The notes under the pieces: model-generated
What the model saw: only the letters and a program-made list of their open reading frames with translations
The model's database searches: none
What the model was told of the DNA's origin: nothing
Position numbers and translations under genes: made by a program
Origin: an uncultured Gammaproteobacteria bacterium
Lineage (GTDB): Bacteria; Pseudomonadota; Gammaproteobacteria; CAWCPV01
NCBI GenBank assembly: GCA_963797555.1
Contig: CAWCPV010000013.1
Span: 53,262-117,261, forward strand
Direction of reading: 5' to 3'
Length of the DNA stretch: 64,000 nucleotides
Shown here: positions 63,471 to 64,000 of the stretch, in pieces
Position numbering within the stretch: the first letter of the stretch is position 1
How the letters are laid out: the number at the start of each line of letters is the position of its first letter

Positions 63471-64000
63471 CGGCTGTCCCCAGCCCGCGTCAGATTCACA
63501 GCATAGAACACTTTCGGGGGGCTATTGTCGGAGCCGTTGATGGGAGTGGGTGGGGCGGTTGACACTTTTGCTCTGTCTGTTCCCCATGGGTCCCGCGGCG
63601 ATGTCCGTTTCTGCCCTGCGCGGCCACATCCTCTCCGTATCCTCAGCCTCAAGGCCAGCCGGCTTCGCGCACCCAGGTCGTTCGCACGCACATACAGAGT
63701 CGCGCGAGTAGTGCGGGATTCCGTCCTGTTTAACCCCATGACTACGTGAATGGTTTCGCCCCAGTAACAGCATAATCACTAAACCTGATGGATGATTTGT
63801 CTATGTATTTTGCTGTCTGATGAATCGCAGATATGAACGCCCAAAACGAAAAAGGCCCGCGCGCCTCGCTGATTCCTGACAGCTCCCCATCCGGATTGGT
63901 CAGATAATGTGACGAATCTATAATGAGAAGCGCGTCAACTCTCGCCTTGGCAAGCCGTTCTTCTATTTTTCGGCGCCCCCGAGGTGCCCACCCCTTATAT

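Overview
High-GC, probably proteobacterial window with three zones. (1) 1-22.6 kb: an extracellular contractile injection system (eCIS, Afp/PVC-like). On the minus strand it has sheath, tube, assembly chaperone, Pvc16-like protein, AAA ATPase, a DUF4157 candidate effector with a possible immunity gene, and a tube-initiator-like gene running off the left edge. Its baseplate-wedge and DUF6519 genes lie in the opposite orientation and are broken by IS insertions and frameshifts. (2) 22.9-51.5 kb: mostly intact genes: rimO, CYTH-CHAD, moeA, a PRTase-archease-RtcB-PolX/PHP operon, pncB, a FixL/FixJ-like pair, a selenoneine cluster (senA, antisense senB, oxidoreductase-SelD fusion), mog, amrS and others. 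(3) 51.5-64 kb: decayed DNA with a RAYT fragment, an ISAzo13/efflux chimera, a frameshifted RND pump and a ruined defence island (MTase, REase, AbiC-like, MmeI-like) hit by IS1380 and IS66. A 2690-bp IS66-type element carrying a DUF4338 passenger gene occurs twice. All family assignments come from motif recognition by eye, not database searches.
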